A stretch of 64,000 nt of DNA from Nemertoderma westbladi. Lineage: Eukaryota; Animalia; Xenacoelomorpha. Position numbers and translations under genes: made by a program. Below, one piece after another: positions 28,336 through 40,505 of the stretch. The notes below the pieces were generated by a model. It saw only the letters and a program-made list of their open reading frames with translations, did no database searches and was not told where the DNA came from. The first letter of the stretch is position 1; each line of letters starts with the position of its first letter. The stretch is from NCBI GenBank assembly GCA_032718475.1, contig JAUCBJ010004176.1, positions 62,001-126,000 of the forward strand. The letters run 5' to 3'.

Positions 28336-30126
28336 CTATCCACGGAGCCCAGCACCGTCCCCGAAACGGGTAACAGACGTTTCGGTCTAAGACGTTTTGG
28401 CCTAGGACGTTTCGGCCCAATGAATGAAATACAAGATTTGCTTGTCGGACGTTTTGGCCCAAAGATTAAATTTACTCCCTTAAATAAGCTATTAATAATA
28501 AGTTATTCAATATATTTGTTTTGTAGTTGTTACGTTCGTTACAAGAGGAGTTGTCAGTAGGAACTGCTCCGACACCTGTTTGAAAGTCGTCAAGATCGAA
28601 GTTCTTATATATATAAATAATAACTTATTATTTATTAATATAAATTTACACCATACTGTAACTTAGAACAAAGATAACATGCTGACAAATTAACTTTAGA
28701 GTTATGATGATGGGCTTTCCCCCATAAAAAAAACATACGTATTTTAAAATGTGAGTCAATAAATAAAGTACATTAAAATACACCGAATTAAAATTACTGT
28801 ATTTTAATGTTGGTCTTAAAAATATAATAGATAAGAAATATTCCATTAAAGGGGCATTGCTAATAATTATGAGACAGACTGGATGTCATATGGAATGAGA
28901 TAAAATATATGCGTATTAAATTTAAATTTAGATGAAATGTATGCGTATAAATCGACGGGTATAAATCATCTATCATCGAAGATGATAGTTATTGTTTCAG
29001 CAGATCATTAAGACATAGCTGCAATACACTGTCCAGCTACAAGAATTATCAATTGAGTAATGTTTAAAGTTAATGAAGTATCTCCAAAATATATCGATCA
29101 GACGAGATTTAAGCCCTAAATGGTTCTTGAAATTGATTCACTTTAGTAGTACTGTATATTAGCAATGTGGCACTCGAGACCAAAAGTTTTGTTCTGACTT
29201 GCATTTTTTCGGCCGCATAACATAATTGATGGCGAATTGTCTATGGAACCAGAGCACCACTTCCCTAATGTTTATTTTATTTTGAAATAAAAGTAAATTA
29301 AATAGCCATTTCATGAAAGATATTTTATTAAGTGTTTGTATGTTATTGTGAAATAATTATAATTTTAATGAATAATTATTATCATATCAAACAAGTTGGC
29401 CTTTTCATTCGGTTACCGTCATGGGCCGAAACGTCCGGACCGAATCGTCCGGGCCGAAATGTCCAGGCCGAAACGTCCTGGACCGAAACGTCCTAGGCCG
29501 AAACGTCTGTATACCCCCGAAACCAAGCCCTCGCCATGAACGGCGACCTCCTCGAAGGAACAGGGAACTCGACCGCAGCAGAGCAAACTGTAGACGGCGT
29601 CGCACGCCCCCCAAAACGCAGGCTAAACCATGCTCCCTCATCGACTGGAGCTTGGCCACTAGGGCCTCTGCGATGTGGTTAATGAGGATGCGGGTATCAG
29701 GACACCAAACACCGTCTGTAGTACCCACGAGCGGAGTGAAAGACATCCGCCGGTCTTCACAGATAGTGTGGTAGTGAGTAGTGACGCTTTTTGTAGCGGC
29801 AACGTTCCTCAAGGAGCGACTCGGTTGACCGGTTGGCGAGGGTGTAGGTGGTGGCGTCAGCGTTTATTATCGCAACATCAAACGACGCCACCCGTTGGTT
29901 AGCCCACACACCCCGCGCAACCAGATCCGCTCTGACTCCCCCCGACTGCAGCACCCGAACTATCCAAGTAACCCCGGGATAGGGTCACCTCCCGCTCCAC
30001 ACTGGAGGCCCCAACCACTGAAGCGAGGAGATCGCCGAACACCTCCTGGACCTCGTCGTGGCGCTTTACTATCAGACCGCCCGACTTACAGGTCAGTGCG
30101 TGGGAGGTGGAGAATTCACCCCCCAC
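28336..30126 (-). mobile_element. CRE-like non-LTR retrotransposon remnant (restriction-like endonuclease C-terminus), interrupted by an insertion
   Basis: Frameshifted peptides HALTCKSGG..RHDEV, RADLVARGVW, FDV, KKRHY, FTPLVGTTDG and LRGGRRSWRGLGF, resuming as GDGAGLRG* beyond the insertion. Confidence 0.7.
28368..29515. mobile_element. TIR element with 15-bp subterminal repeats and 8-bp TSD (Merlin-like)
   Basis: Ends are GGGTAACAGACGTTTCGG and CCGAAACGTCTGTATACC, with TSD CCCGAAAC at 28360-28367 and 29516-29523. Confidence 0.8.
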
Positions 30127-30339
30127 TATTAAATATCATTAAAAATGCTCAGCCGTGGCGTTTTTTTTTTGCTACATATAAAATAAGATAGAATACTATT
30201 TACATACTATAGGTTTTAAAATATGTGAAGATCATAATGAATAGTATTATAATATAATTATTGTCATCATGATAACCATAACGGATTCCCAAGACAGTCA
30301 AAGTGAGCGGTATTCATTGAATCTTTCCAGGATCCTTTA

Positions 30340-30615
30340 CAGTGACTCAGCAACTGACATCATTGAGGCGGGAACGGAAGCAGCACAAATAGGGTGCTGT
30401 CACCACCGCTGATGGAAGCAAATTCCATACTGAAATATTTCTTATGGTGAAATGTGTCCGATGCAGGCGGCTATTTGAATGAGGAGTTGATAATTTCATG
30501 GAATGACCCCTTGTTCTAACATTGTTGTTGCGCTGAAACAGATTATGGTTGCTAAGCGTGCTAAGACCACTTAATATTTTGAACATTTCGACCAAATCGA
30601 GGTAAATTCGCCGTT
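30340..30615 (-). mobile_element. CR1/L2-like LINE 3' remnant
   Basis: DLVEMFKIL, RTRGHSMKL and FTIRNISVWNLLP motifs are typical of the end of CR1/L2-group ORF2. Confidence 0.8.
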
Positions 30616-31399
30616 CTTAAATGGGTTTTTCTAACCAAAACAATAATACGATGATGGGAATTGAGGGAAAGGAGCAGGTTATAGAGACGGGTTTTTCCTA
30701 ACAAAAACAACAACCTTTTTTGTTATATCGAATGTAAAAAGTGGGGCAACAGGAAAATGTTTAGGTATATGCCAGTCACAATCCAACACAACTGTTGGAT
30801 TTTTGAATTCAACTGGCCAGAATTCATATATGAAGCGAAACTAGACATATTTTTTTTTGTAATATGGGGAATGTAATACATCATCGATTGCGGATAGGCT
30901 TCTTATAAGCGCTTAAATCAACCCAGATGGATTCACTTCACCAAGTGCATTTTCCTCAACCCGTGTTGCATTTAATAACTTTCGAAACAATTATTGCTAC
31001 TCCACCAACACGATTTAGAGAGGGGCGGTCTCTTCTAAATATATCATAATCCTTCAATTCAGGGCAAGAAAAAAGATAATCCGATTATTCTGGGAGAAGG
31101 TGAGTCGGATTATGAGAGGCGTCACAATGTAGAGGGAGACTAAGAACCGTAAAGGAACTATCTTATTTCTATTTGACTGATAAATTTATACTAAATAATC
31201 CTTGTTACTTGGGGACCGTTGTTTCAACAGTTTCTAATTGTCATTATACAGCTGCGTACCGGGACCTCACCTATTGCTTGGGGGGGGGGGGGGGGGGGGG
31301 ATCGGCCCCTTCCTAGTTTTTAATTGCTGTATCTATGCAACCACATTATGTACCAGCCCAATTTTTTAGGAGAATTAGTCAAATTTAATGGCGCTTATT

Positions 31400-32398
31400 T
31401 TGCAAAAAACGGCGTTGCAATTAGATTTCAACTTTTCCATGTGGGTGCCACCTCAAAATTTGGTCCTCAGCAGAAGTTTTTTTGAAATTTTCGAATTTTA
31501 CAAGGTCATTTGTGAGTTAGTAATTCTTTATGTTGGGGCTTTTTTTTATTGATTCTGATTTCAAATTTTCAAAATTTCAATATTCGTTAAATACTCCGAA
31601 GTTTTGATTTCAACGCATTTTTATGGGTTTTCTGGCTCGCTTAATCGATTGAATGTAATATAGAAGACTTAATTCTTAGTGGTACATCATTTTTGGTGCA
31701 CCAAAATTAGGGCGTGGCAAGTAGGCTTACTTCAAATTTTAAAAATTACGATATTCAGAAAATACCGCAGGTTTTCATTTCAACCCATTTTTATAGGTTA
31801 TCTGGACCCCTGAATCGATTGAAAGTAATATTGAAGCTTCAAGTCTTAGTGTTACATCATTATTGGTACACCACAATTAGGGCGTGGTACTTTTTCAAAA
31901 TTTGAATAAGTGACACTCCCTAATTTTGGTGCACCAAAAATGCCGAACCACTACGTCTTCAGGCTTCGATAATATTTTCAATCGATTCAGCGGTCCAGAA
32001 AATGAAGTGCCACGCCCACTTCTTAGGTGCTCAAAATTACCATCCAGTTCAAAAAATAATTACATTCGATTCAGCGTAGTGAAAAACCTACTAATGCTAG
32101 CCAACAACGCCACACTATTTATTAGTTTTTATAATATCAAAAAAATGTATATTTTGTACTAGGACTACTTCTATTTTTCATGAAAATTATTATACTTATA
32201 AATATATTAATACTTATAAATTCTTATGAAATTTTCTTTTTTTTTATTGGATTTGAAAATGTTCTTCGATAATTTTTTCACCTACAGCCCAAATTTTGTA
32301 GGATTTTATAGCATGATTACAAAAATACAGCGGGGGGCCGAATCGACCCCCCGCCAGTGCTGCTAATGGTCTAAACACCCCAGTGGTAATAGGGTTAA
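31400..32398. mobile_element. Partial DNA-transposon derivative with a piggyBac-like right end
   Basis: It ends AGGGTTAA and has a GGGGGGCCGAATCGACCCCCC hairpin plus internal direct and inverted repeats at 31620-32090. The left end was not found. Confidence 0.45.
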
Positions 32399-32831
32399 GG
32401 AAGTTAGTGGAAGTTAAAAACCGCTTTAAAAGAGTTTAGAGCTTAGAAATGACTCGGCTCGATCTGGCTCGATAGGTTTGACTCGGCTCGATAGGTACTG
32501 ATTACGGCTGATAGCCTGATTTGTATGGTTACAGGGTTATGTACAGTCTTCAATAAAATAGTGTAATTCAGGGAGGGGGGGGGGGGGGGGCATTTTATCC
32601 AAGGAAAAAGCGCCCACTGGGCACAGTTTTTTTTTTTTTGGGGGGGGGGGGGGGGGGGCATATTTTCCTGTAACACTGGGGATATTTTCTTGTTACACCA
32701 GTAGTACGCGTACTGCAACTGCTGTACTGCTGTGTAGGACGTACTGTTGTAGGCCTACTGCTGTACTGTATACCGGTATACAATTAATTAAAGCAGTACC
32801 GGTACAGCAGAAGAAGCAAAACTTCAGAACT

Positions 32832-34964
32832 ATGGCTGATGCGGTAAATTTTAATAATAGCGTGGACGACTGGCGGTCTGCGGCATTCAGACAAAAGGTA
32901 ATATGCCAGATGGATGACGCATTGCTTGTTGCCGGCAAACTTTCGCAATATAAGGGTGAAGACTTAGAGAACCACGTATTTATGCAGGCTAAGAACCGTG
33001 ATAATTACTTGGTACTCGTATCCAAAGTACTTATCTCTATACGTAGCAAGCCCAGCCAGCCGCCTGCCGATAAACGTGAAGTCGTTACTCCGCGATCCGA
33101 CCCGTTAGCTACCCTGCAGGATCTCACGGAGAGCGTGGCTCCTTCTGCGATGCAGCCTCCTAGCGTACCGGGTCCAGCCCGTGGACCTCTCGCAAAGACC
33201 GCAGGTAGGATAATCCCAGTGGAACCTGCATTCTCCCCCTCTATGCAGCAGAGTCCGGCAGCCACTTCGGCCATGGGTAAACCCACCGACGAGGAACAGA
33301 TGTACACAGATAAACTGAAACAACTACAGAAGTACGTCGAGCCGTTAGCTAAAAGAATACGTTCACAGGAGATGTACGGCAAGAAGGAGACTCAAAAACT
33401 CAAGAGCCTTCTCGATATACTTATGATGGATTCCTCTCGAGCCACTGCTAAGCGACTCTCTCTGGAAGTCCTAATCAAATGCGAGGGTGCCTTGCAGAAG
33501 ATGGAAGCTTCGTTCGAGAAACACCAGCAGCCCGTGAGTGATTCCCTTAAAGAAATGAGTCCCGCCCCGGGAATGAGCCCTAGTTCCGCCCTTGGTGTGA
33601 GCCCTGCCCCATCTCAAGGCGTTAGCCCTACGCCATCGCCCCGTCCAAATAATTATACGAGTTCCATGGAAGTCCTGCCGACTTCCTCCTTGGTTTCCTC
33701 ATCACCATCCGTTGGTCGTCTACCTGTGAACTCGCCTTCCCCCGCCCCTGCTGCCGCTACCACAATGGTGCCCATGTTTGTGCCCACGAGACCTACACAG
33801 TTGCAGAACGCCCAGCCCCAGTATAAACTTGGTACTAGCCAGATCTCCAGTCACTCGCCACTTCCGTATGTTTCGATTCCTCAGCCTCTGGGATCACAGC
33901 GCCTTGACAATTCTCCCACCCCAGTATCATTCCCCCAGCCCACTGGTCCATCCATTGCTCCTCCAACTGTGTCCCAGCCCTTAGGCTCCTCCCCTGCCCC
34001 ATTCACAATGTCCCAACTTCCAGGCCACTCCCCTGCCCCTCCCTCAATGCCCCTACCATCCGGCCAATATCATGTGCAGCAGTCGGTGTCGCGGCCCCCA
34101 GGTCCCTCGCCTGCCCCGTCTATGGTATCCCTACCCCCAGGCCCTTCTCCTGCGCCACCCTCTGTGTCCCTACCCCCAGGCCCTTCTCCTGCGCCACCCT
34201 CTGTGTCCCAACCCCCAGCCCCCTCTCCCGCTCCACCTTCTGTGTCCCAACCCCCAGGCCCCTCTCCCGCTCCACCCTCTGTGTCACAACCCCCAGGCCC
34301 CTCTCCTGTGCCACCTTCTGTGTCCCAGCCCCCAGGTCCCTCTCCTGCCTCGTCCGCTGTGTCCCAACCCCCAGGTCCCTCCCCTGTGGTCCCACCCACC
34401 ATCACTTCTTTCACTCGCTCCCCCAACATGGCCCAACCTATAGTCGATGCCGTTCTCCCGCACCTCCGCAATGGCATCCTGAACCACTCCTTAAGTCGAA
34501 CCTTCTCTCCATGTATGCGTGCGCTGAACACCAACCTGTACAGCGATTACATCCAGCCCAGTAAACGGGCGCGACTCTCAGATACCGAAGAAGGACCGGA
34601 AGATTCACTGAATCACTCTTTGCAAGGAGAATTAGTCCGTCTTAGTAATAAATTCATTGTATCTTTGTGTGATGGCCAACCCACCGAAGGTACAGTTCGT
34701 CTTAAAATAACCCTCGATAACAAAGACCTTCCTTCAGTTCCCCCCTTGGTTATTGAAATTCCAAAAAATTATCCTCGTGTTGGCCCCGAAGTGGTCATTC
34801 ATAAGAAAGAATACAACGGCACAAAACTATTATCCAATCTATATAGCTCCTTTATGGACAAAGTCGGCAGGTGTGTTGGTATAGTAACTCTGTCTAACTT
34901 ACTTCACTCTTGGGAATCTAGTTTAAAGGAAGTTTGTTGGGGGGAACACTGGTTCTCTATATAA
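32832..34964 (+). CDS. MED15: Mediator subunit 15, single-exon, nested in LATS intron 7
   Basis: 710-aa ORF with a KIX-type N-terminus (DDWRSAAFRQKVI), middle motif (YTDKLKQLQKYVEPL, LIKCEGALQKM) and C-terminal domain (LNHSLSRTF, LQGELVRL, DLPSVPPL, PKNYP). AATAAA at 35004. Confidence 0.93.
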   Translation: MADAVNFNNSVDDWRSAAFRQKVICQMDDALLVAGKLSQYKGEDLENHVFMQAKNRDNYLVLVSKVLISIRSKPSQPPADKREVVTPRSDPLATLQDLTESVAPSAMQPPSVPGPARGPLAKTAGRIIPVEPAFSPSMQQSPAATSAMGKPTDEEQMYTDKLKQLQKYVEPLAKRIRSQEMYGKKETQKLKSLLDILMMDSSRATAKRLSLEVLIKCEGALQKMEASFEKHQQPVSDSLKEMSPAPGMSPSSALGVSPAPSQGVSPTPSPRPNNYTSSMEVLPTSSLVSSSPSVGRLPVNSPSPAPAAATTMVPMFVPTRPTQLQNAQPQYKLGTSQISSHSPLPYVSIPQPLGSQRLDNSPTPVSFPQPTGPSIAPPTVSQPLGSSPAPFTMSQLPGHSPAPPSMPLPSGQYHVQQSVSRPPGPSPAPSMVSLPPGPSPAPPSVSLPPGPSPAPPSVSQPPAPSPAPPSVSQPPGPSPAPPSVSQPPGPSPVPPSVSQPPGPSPASSAVSQPPGPSPVVPPTITSFTRSPNMAQPIVDAVLPHLRNGILNHSLSRTFSPCMRALNTNLYSDYIQPSKRARLSDTEEGPEDSLNHSLQGELVRLSNKFIVSLCDGQPTEGTVRLKITLDNKDLPSVPPLVIEIPKNYPRVGPEVVIHKKEYNGTKLLSNLYSSFMDKVGRCVGIVTLSNLLHSWESSLKEVCWGEHWFSI
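34085..34400 (+). repeat. 39-bp coding minisatellite (PPGPSPAPPSVSQ) in MED15
   Basis: About 8 clear 13-aa units in the translation, with degenerate units upstream. Confidence 0.9.
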
Positions 34965-35155
34965 CGTTTATTTATCGTTGTTGTAGTTTTGAGATTAGTT
35001 AATAATAAATAGGCAGTAATAATTCTATAAACTGCAGACGTTTTACAGCTTATACTGGAATACAGCATTAATTTAACGGGAGGGTCGTCTTGACTGTTCC
35101 AGTCCATCAACCATGATGGACAAACAAACCGAAGGTACATAGAGTTAAAATTTCC

Positions 35156-35231
35156 TTCCCTATGATGAAATCGATGGCGAGTCTGAGAAAAGACTTGTCT
35201 TTTCTTTGATGACTTTGGTTCTGATTGGGAA
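35156..35231 (+). ncRNA. Box C/D snoRNA, snR75/U15-like, copy 1
   Basis: Terminal stem TTCCC/GGGAA; box C ATGATGA (35162); guide GATGGCGAGT; D' CTGA (35183); internal hairpin AGAAAAGAC/GTCTTTTCT; C' TGATGA; box D CTGA (35221). Confidence 0.85.
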
Positions 35232-35912
35232 ATAAAGTTACAATAGTTGTTAAACATGGAAACTATATTATATATTTCATTAATTACAATTTATACTATA
35301 TTCAGCGCCGATCAGAATATGGTTGGTGCGAATAAGTCTCGAGTGTCAAAGGACGTGCAAGACTCTCCGCTTTCAATTGATATAAACCACATGTGAAATG
35401 ATTGAGATTTAATGTGTAATAGCATGGATCGAAAATCATCCATAGAAACCAAGATAAGAAATTATAAGAGCACTTTGAAGTGACGTAAAAGCTATAGCTG
35501 CCAATTACAGCCGATTTTCAAAATTGGCATCCCGCGCTTTCTTAAACCCGCCACTCGATTCAGGGCACATTGTTCCCACTTATTCAATTGTTTCATCATT
35601 GCTAAACAATTTTTTCGCGCACCATCCCGTATTATACAATTATTGTTTACTGTTGTTATATTACACTTTGTAGTTTCACACATAACTTGTCCACTAATGT
35701 TCAGGTCCGTTGTTCACTGCATTTGTATGAAAAATCCGCTGCTGAGACGAAATGTATCAATAGCCCCGGTTGACGATAGAGAGATATCTTATTTGTAGTG
35801 AGTGGCTAATTAATTCGTTTATGTGGCTTAAAGAAGTTAGGAACTTTGAAATCAACATTCATAACCCTAAACTTAACAAATACAGTGTTCACCCAGTATA
35901 ATAATCAATTCC

Positions 35913-35995
35913 CTATCCCTATGATGACAATGATGGCGAGTCTGAGATAGACAATTAGGTCTTATCTTTGGTGATTTTGGTTCTGATTGGGATAG
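35913..35995 (+). ncRNA. Box C/D snoRNA, snR75/U15-like, copy 2
   Basis: Stem CTATCCC/GGGATAG; same boxes C, D' and D and same guide; hairpin AGATAGAC/GTCTTATCT. Confidence 0.82.
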
Positions 35996-36667
35996 AAAGG
36001 CTTCAGATCTTAAGTTCATTACGAAAACAAAATCATCAATATTCATCATAAATAGTTCAACTCATAATAATTTCAATGACTAGGTAACACCGGGGTCTGT
36101 TGGTATTCTGATGTACACTTTGTGTGTAGTCTATACACCGGGTGTTAATATTATAAGCTGATCATAATACGTATATTGCAGTATAGTTATATAGGCCTAA
36201 ATATGCTATGCTGAGGTACAGATCCTTCTACTCTTAATGCAGTACAGAACTCCCTCAACCAGTACTGGTACACATTACACCAAACATAGTACTGTAGATC
36301 ATATATCTTCAGTCATTAGGGAGAGTTGTTCCTAGTAGTACACTATCTCGTATTTGATCCATACAGTAGCGTATTCACACCGGAGTCTGTATTCTGTTGT
36401 ACACTTTTTGTGTCAGTGTGTAGTCTATACAACACCGGGGTCTGTTGGTATTCGGTTGTACTAACCAAAATTAACTTTTTAGAAGTCCAGTTGTCTTATT
36501 ATCACTTCAAATATTTTGTAGGCCTACAGACAAATACACTGGTTGGTATCTTACTTCATTATTAATTATAACAATAGCCCATGTTAGCTTTAATTAAACC
36601 TATTAACAGGTTGATTCCGTTCCCTCCCTTTTATAATAATGGCATCTAACATTGAGAACAAAAATAT

Positions 36668-36745
36668 TTCCCTATGATGAAATCGATGGCGAGTCTGAGG
36701 AAAGATTATGGTCTTTTCTTTGGTGATTTTGGTTCTGATTGGGAA
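36668..36745 (+). ncRNA. Box C/D snoRNA, snR75/U15-like, copy 3
   Basis: Stem TTCCC/GGGAA; ATGATGA, GATGGCGAGT-CTGA, internal hairpin and terminal CTGA. Confidence 0.82.
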
Positions 36746-36790
36746 CGTCACACAAATAACATTATTGTACGTCATGTAAATTAGTTGGAA

Positions 36791-38660
36791 GGCGGGCTAG
36801 CTCAGGTGGTTGTGGTTGAGCGACGGGTCTGCAATCTATTGGTTGTAGGTTCGAGTCCCACCAGAGTCCACTCAGCATTTCATCCCCTGGGATTGATGAA
36901 ATGAGGACCGGTTGAATTACTGGGAGCAAAATTTGGGATAGGTATGAGTAGAGCGCCCACCCACACCTTCGGGTAGCAGCTATAGAAAGGGTTATATTGA
37001 AAAATATCGAGACATGAAAAATATCGAGAGTAAAAATAACGCGAGTAAAAACATCGAGTGTTGAAAAATAACGATAATATCGAGAGTTCAAAAAATATCG
37101 AGAGTAAAAATATCGAGGGTAAAAATATCGAGAGTAAAAATATCGAGTGATGAAAAATATCGAGAGTAAAAATATCGAGTGTTGAAAAATATCGAGAGTA
37201 AAAATATCGAGTGTTGAAAAATATCGAGAGTAAAAATATCGAGTGATGAAAAATATCGAGAGTAAAAATATCGAGAGTAAAAATATCGAGTGTTGAAAAA
37301 TATCGAGAGTAAAAATATCGAGTGTTGAAAAATATCGAGAGTAAAAATATCGAGTGTTGAAAAATATCGAGAGTAAAAATATCGAGTGTTGAAAAATATC
37401 GAGAGTAATAATATCGAGTGTTGAAAAATATCGAGTGTTGAAAAATATCGAGTGTAAAAATATCGAGTGTTGAAAAATATAGAATGTTGAAAAATATCGA
37501 GAGTAAAAATATCGATAGTAACAATTTTTTTAAATAAGGGTTGTATGATAATTTTTTTTACTAAAAATGTTCTAGAACAACAATATTTATCAACATTTGG
37601 TAGCTTATACAGTACGTTTTCTAATATAATATTTAACAATATTTATAATATTTATCAAAATTTATACCTAGCACTTCTTTTATAATACTGTATTTATTAA
37701 AAAAATAGCAAAAACTAGCTAGTATAATAATAAAATGTAAAGGTAAATGGGTACCCAAGGTGTATTACATAATGCCATTCACTTGCACTGTTGTGACCCA
37801 TGCACTGCAATATTGTTCCTTAATTCTAAATAAAATGCTCAAGTAAAATGCAATATTTTTACTCTCGATATGTTTCAACACTCGATATTTTCAACACTCG
37901 ATATTTTTCAACACTCGATATTTTTCAACACTCGATATTTTTCAACACTCGATATTTTTACTCTCAATATTTTTCAACACTCGATATTTTTCAACACTCG
38001 ATATTTTTACTCTCGATATTTTTCAACACTCGATATTTTTACTCTCAATATTTTTCAACACTCGATATTTTTCAACACTCGATATTTTTCAACACTCGAT
38101 ATTTTTCAACAGTCGATATTTTTCAACACTCGATATTTTTCAACACTCGATATTTTTACTCTCGATATTTTTCAACACTCGATATTTTTACTCTCGATAT
38201 TTTTCACTCTCGATATTTTTCAACACTCGATATTTTTCAACTCTCGATATTTTTCAACACTCGATATTTTTACTCTCGATATTTTTCAACACTCGATATT
38301 TTTCAACACTCGATATTTTTCAACACTCGATATTTTTACTCTCGATATTTTTCAACACTCGATATTTTTACTCTCGATATTTTTCAACACTCGATATTTT
38401 TACTCTCGATATTTTTCAACACTCGATATTTTTCAACACTCGTTATTTTCGATATTTTTCATCTCGTGTTATTTTTACTCTCGATATTTTTTAATCACGT
38501 TAATTTTCAACACTCGTTATTTTTACTCTCGATATTTTTACTCTCGTTATTTTTACTCTCGATATTTTTCAAGTCTCGATATTTTTCACCATTACCATAG
38601 AAAGAGGAGTCTTCGGGTTGCCTCCCTCCTGCTTCGGTCGACTGTTTGCTTGCTTCCTAT
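36791..38660 (+). mobile_element. tRNA-derived SINE, interrupted at 36990-38596
   Basis: Head has A box TAGCTCAGGTGG and B box GGTTCGAGTCCC but lacks a 3' acceptor strand. It continues into CTCAGCATTTCATCCC...GATGAAATGAGGACC, resembling Deu/Nin-type SINE cores. Confidence 0.75.
36990..38596. mobile_element. Foldback element with minisatellite inverted arms and 8-bp TSD (Merlin-like)
   Basis: Left arm is (AAAAATATCGAGAGT / AAAAATATCGAGTGTTG)n and right arm is the reverse complement. Termini GGTTAT/ATTACC; TSD ATAGAAAG at 36982-36989 and 38597-38604. An empty site exists near 40820. Confidence 0.9.
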
Positions 38661-38973
38661 GAAAATTTATTTTCACGATTCCATTGGTTTTGGATCCGAG
38701 GAATGTCCTAAATCGATCTTTACCATTTACCAACCATATTGAAAATCACTGACTACTGAAACACAACTAATCTACGACAGACCGACGTAGATTTGTTTCC
38801 CTGCACAATTTAATCATGAGCATGAGAGGGTCTGGTAGAGAGAAAATAACCCAAGCATAACTAAACATAAGACTCTGAGAGGACCCATATCGTATGTGAT
38901 ACAATCCATTCCCTATGATGAGCATCACCCATGACGGACAAACAAACCGAAGGTACATAGAGTTAAAATTGTC

Positions 38974-39049
38974 TTCCCTATGATGAAATCGATGGCGAGT
39001 CTGAGAAAAGACTTGTCTTTTCTTTGATGACTTTGGTTCTGATTGGGAA
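38974..39049 (+). ncRNA. Box C/D snoRNA, snR75/U15-like, copy 4 (duplicate of copy 1)
   Basis: Same boxes, guide and stems as 35156-35231. Confidence 0.85.
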
Positions 39050-39738
39050 ATAAAGTTACAATAGTTGTTAAACATGGAAACTATATTTTATATTTCATTA
39101 ATTACAATTTATACTATATTCAGCGCCGATCAGAATATGGTTGGTGCGAATAAGTCTCGAGTGTCAAAGGACGTGCAAGACTCTCCGCTTTCAATTGATA
39201 TAAACCACATGTGAAAAGATTGAGATTTAATGTGTAATAGCATGGATCGAAAATCATCCATAAACCAAGATAAGAAATTATAAGTGCACTTTGAAGTGAC
39301 GTAAAAGCTATAGCTGCCAATCACAGCCGATTTTCAAAATTGGCATCCCGCGCTTACTTAAACCCGCCACTCGATTCAGGGCACATTGTTCCCACTTATT
39401 CAATTGTTTCAAGCTAAACAATTTTTTCGCGCACCATCCTGTATTATACAATTATTGTTTACTGTTGTTATATTACACTTTGTAGTTTCACACATAACTT
39501 GTCCACTAATGTTCAGGTCCGTTGTTCACTGCATTTGTATGAAAAATCCGCTGCTGAGACGAAATGTATCAATCGATAAATGTATCAATAGCCCCGGTTG
39601 ACGATAGAGATATCTTATTTGTAGTGAGTGGCTAATTAATTCGTTTATGTGGCTTAAAGAAGTTAGGAACTTTGAAATCAACATTCATAACCCTAAACTT
39701 AACAAATACAGTGTTCACCCAGTATAATAATCAATTCC

Positions 39739-39821
39739 CTATCCCTATGATGACAATGATGGCGAGTCTGAGATAGACAATTAGGTCTTATCTTTGGTGA
39801 TTTTGGTTCTGATTGGGATAG
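39739..39821 (+). ncRNA. Box C/D snoRNA, snR75/U15-like, copy 5 (duplicate of copy 2)
   Basis: Same boxes, guide and stems as 35913-35995. Confidence 0.82.
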
Positions 39822-40505
39822 AAAGGCTTCAGATCTTAAGTTCATTACGAAAACAAAATCATCAATAATCATCATAAATAGTTCAACTCATAATAATTTC
39901 AATGACTAGGTAACACCGGGGTCTGTTGGTATTCTGATGTACACTTTGTGTGTAGTCTATACACCGGGTGTTAATATTATAAGCTGATCATAATTATGTA
40001 TATTGGAGTATAGTTATATAGGCCTAAATATGCTATGCTGAGGTACGGATCCTTCTACTCTTAATGCAGTATAGAACTCCCTCAACCAGTACCGGTACAC
40101 ATTACACCAAACATAGTACCGTAGACTAGATCATATATCTTCAGTCATTAGGGACAGTTGTTCCTAGTAGTACACTATCTCGTATTTGATCCATACAGTA
40201 GCGTATTCACACCGGAGTCTGTATTCTGTTGTACGTACACTTTGTGTGTCAGTGTGTAGTCTATACAACACCGGGGTCTGTTGGTATTCGGTTGTACTAA
40301 CCAAAATTAACTTTTTAGAAGTCCAGTTGTCTTATTATCACTTCAAATATTTTGTAGGCCTACAGACAAATAATACACTGGTTGGTATCTTACTTCATTA
40401 TTAATTATAACAATAGCCCATGTTAGCTTTAATTAAACCTATTAACAGGTTGATTCCGTTCCCTCCCTTTTATAATAATGGCATCTAACATTGAGAACAA
40501 AAATA

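Noticed and set aside
36791-36865. tRNA-Cys-like gene (also at 40630)
   Set aside because: A and B boxes are present, but the acceptor and anticodon stems do not pair properly and the sequence runs into a SINE body.
36880-38742. ORFs of 183-290 aa (STLDIFQHSIFF repeats)
   Set aside because: Stop-free translations of the foldback minisatellite in several frames; no coding evidence.
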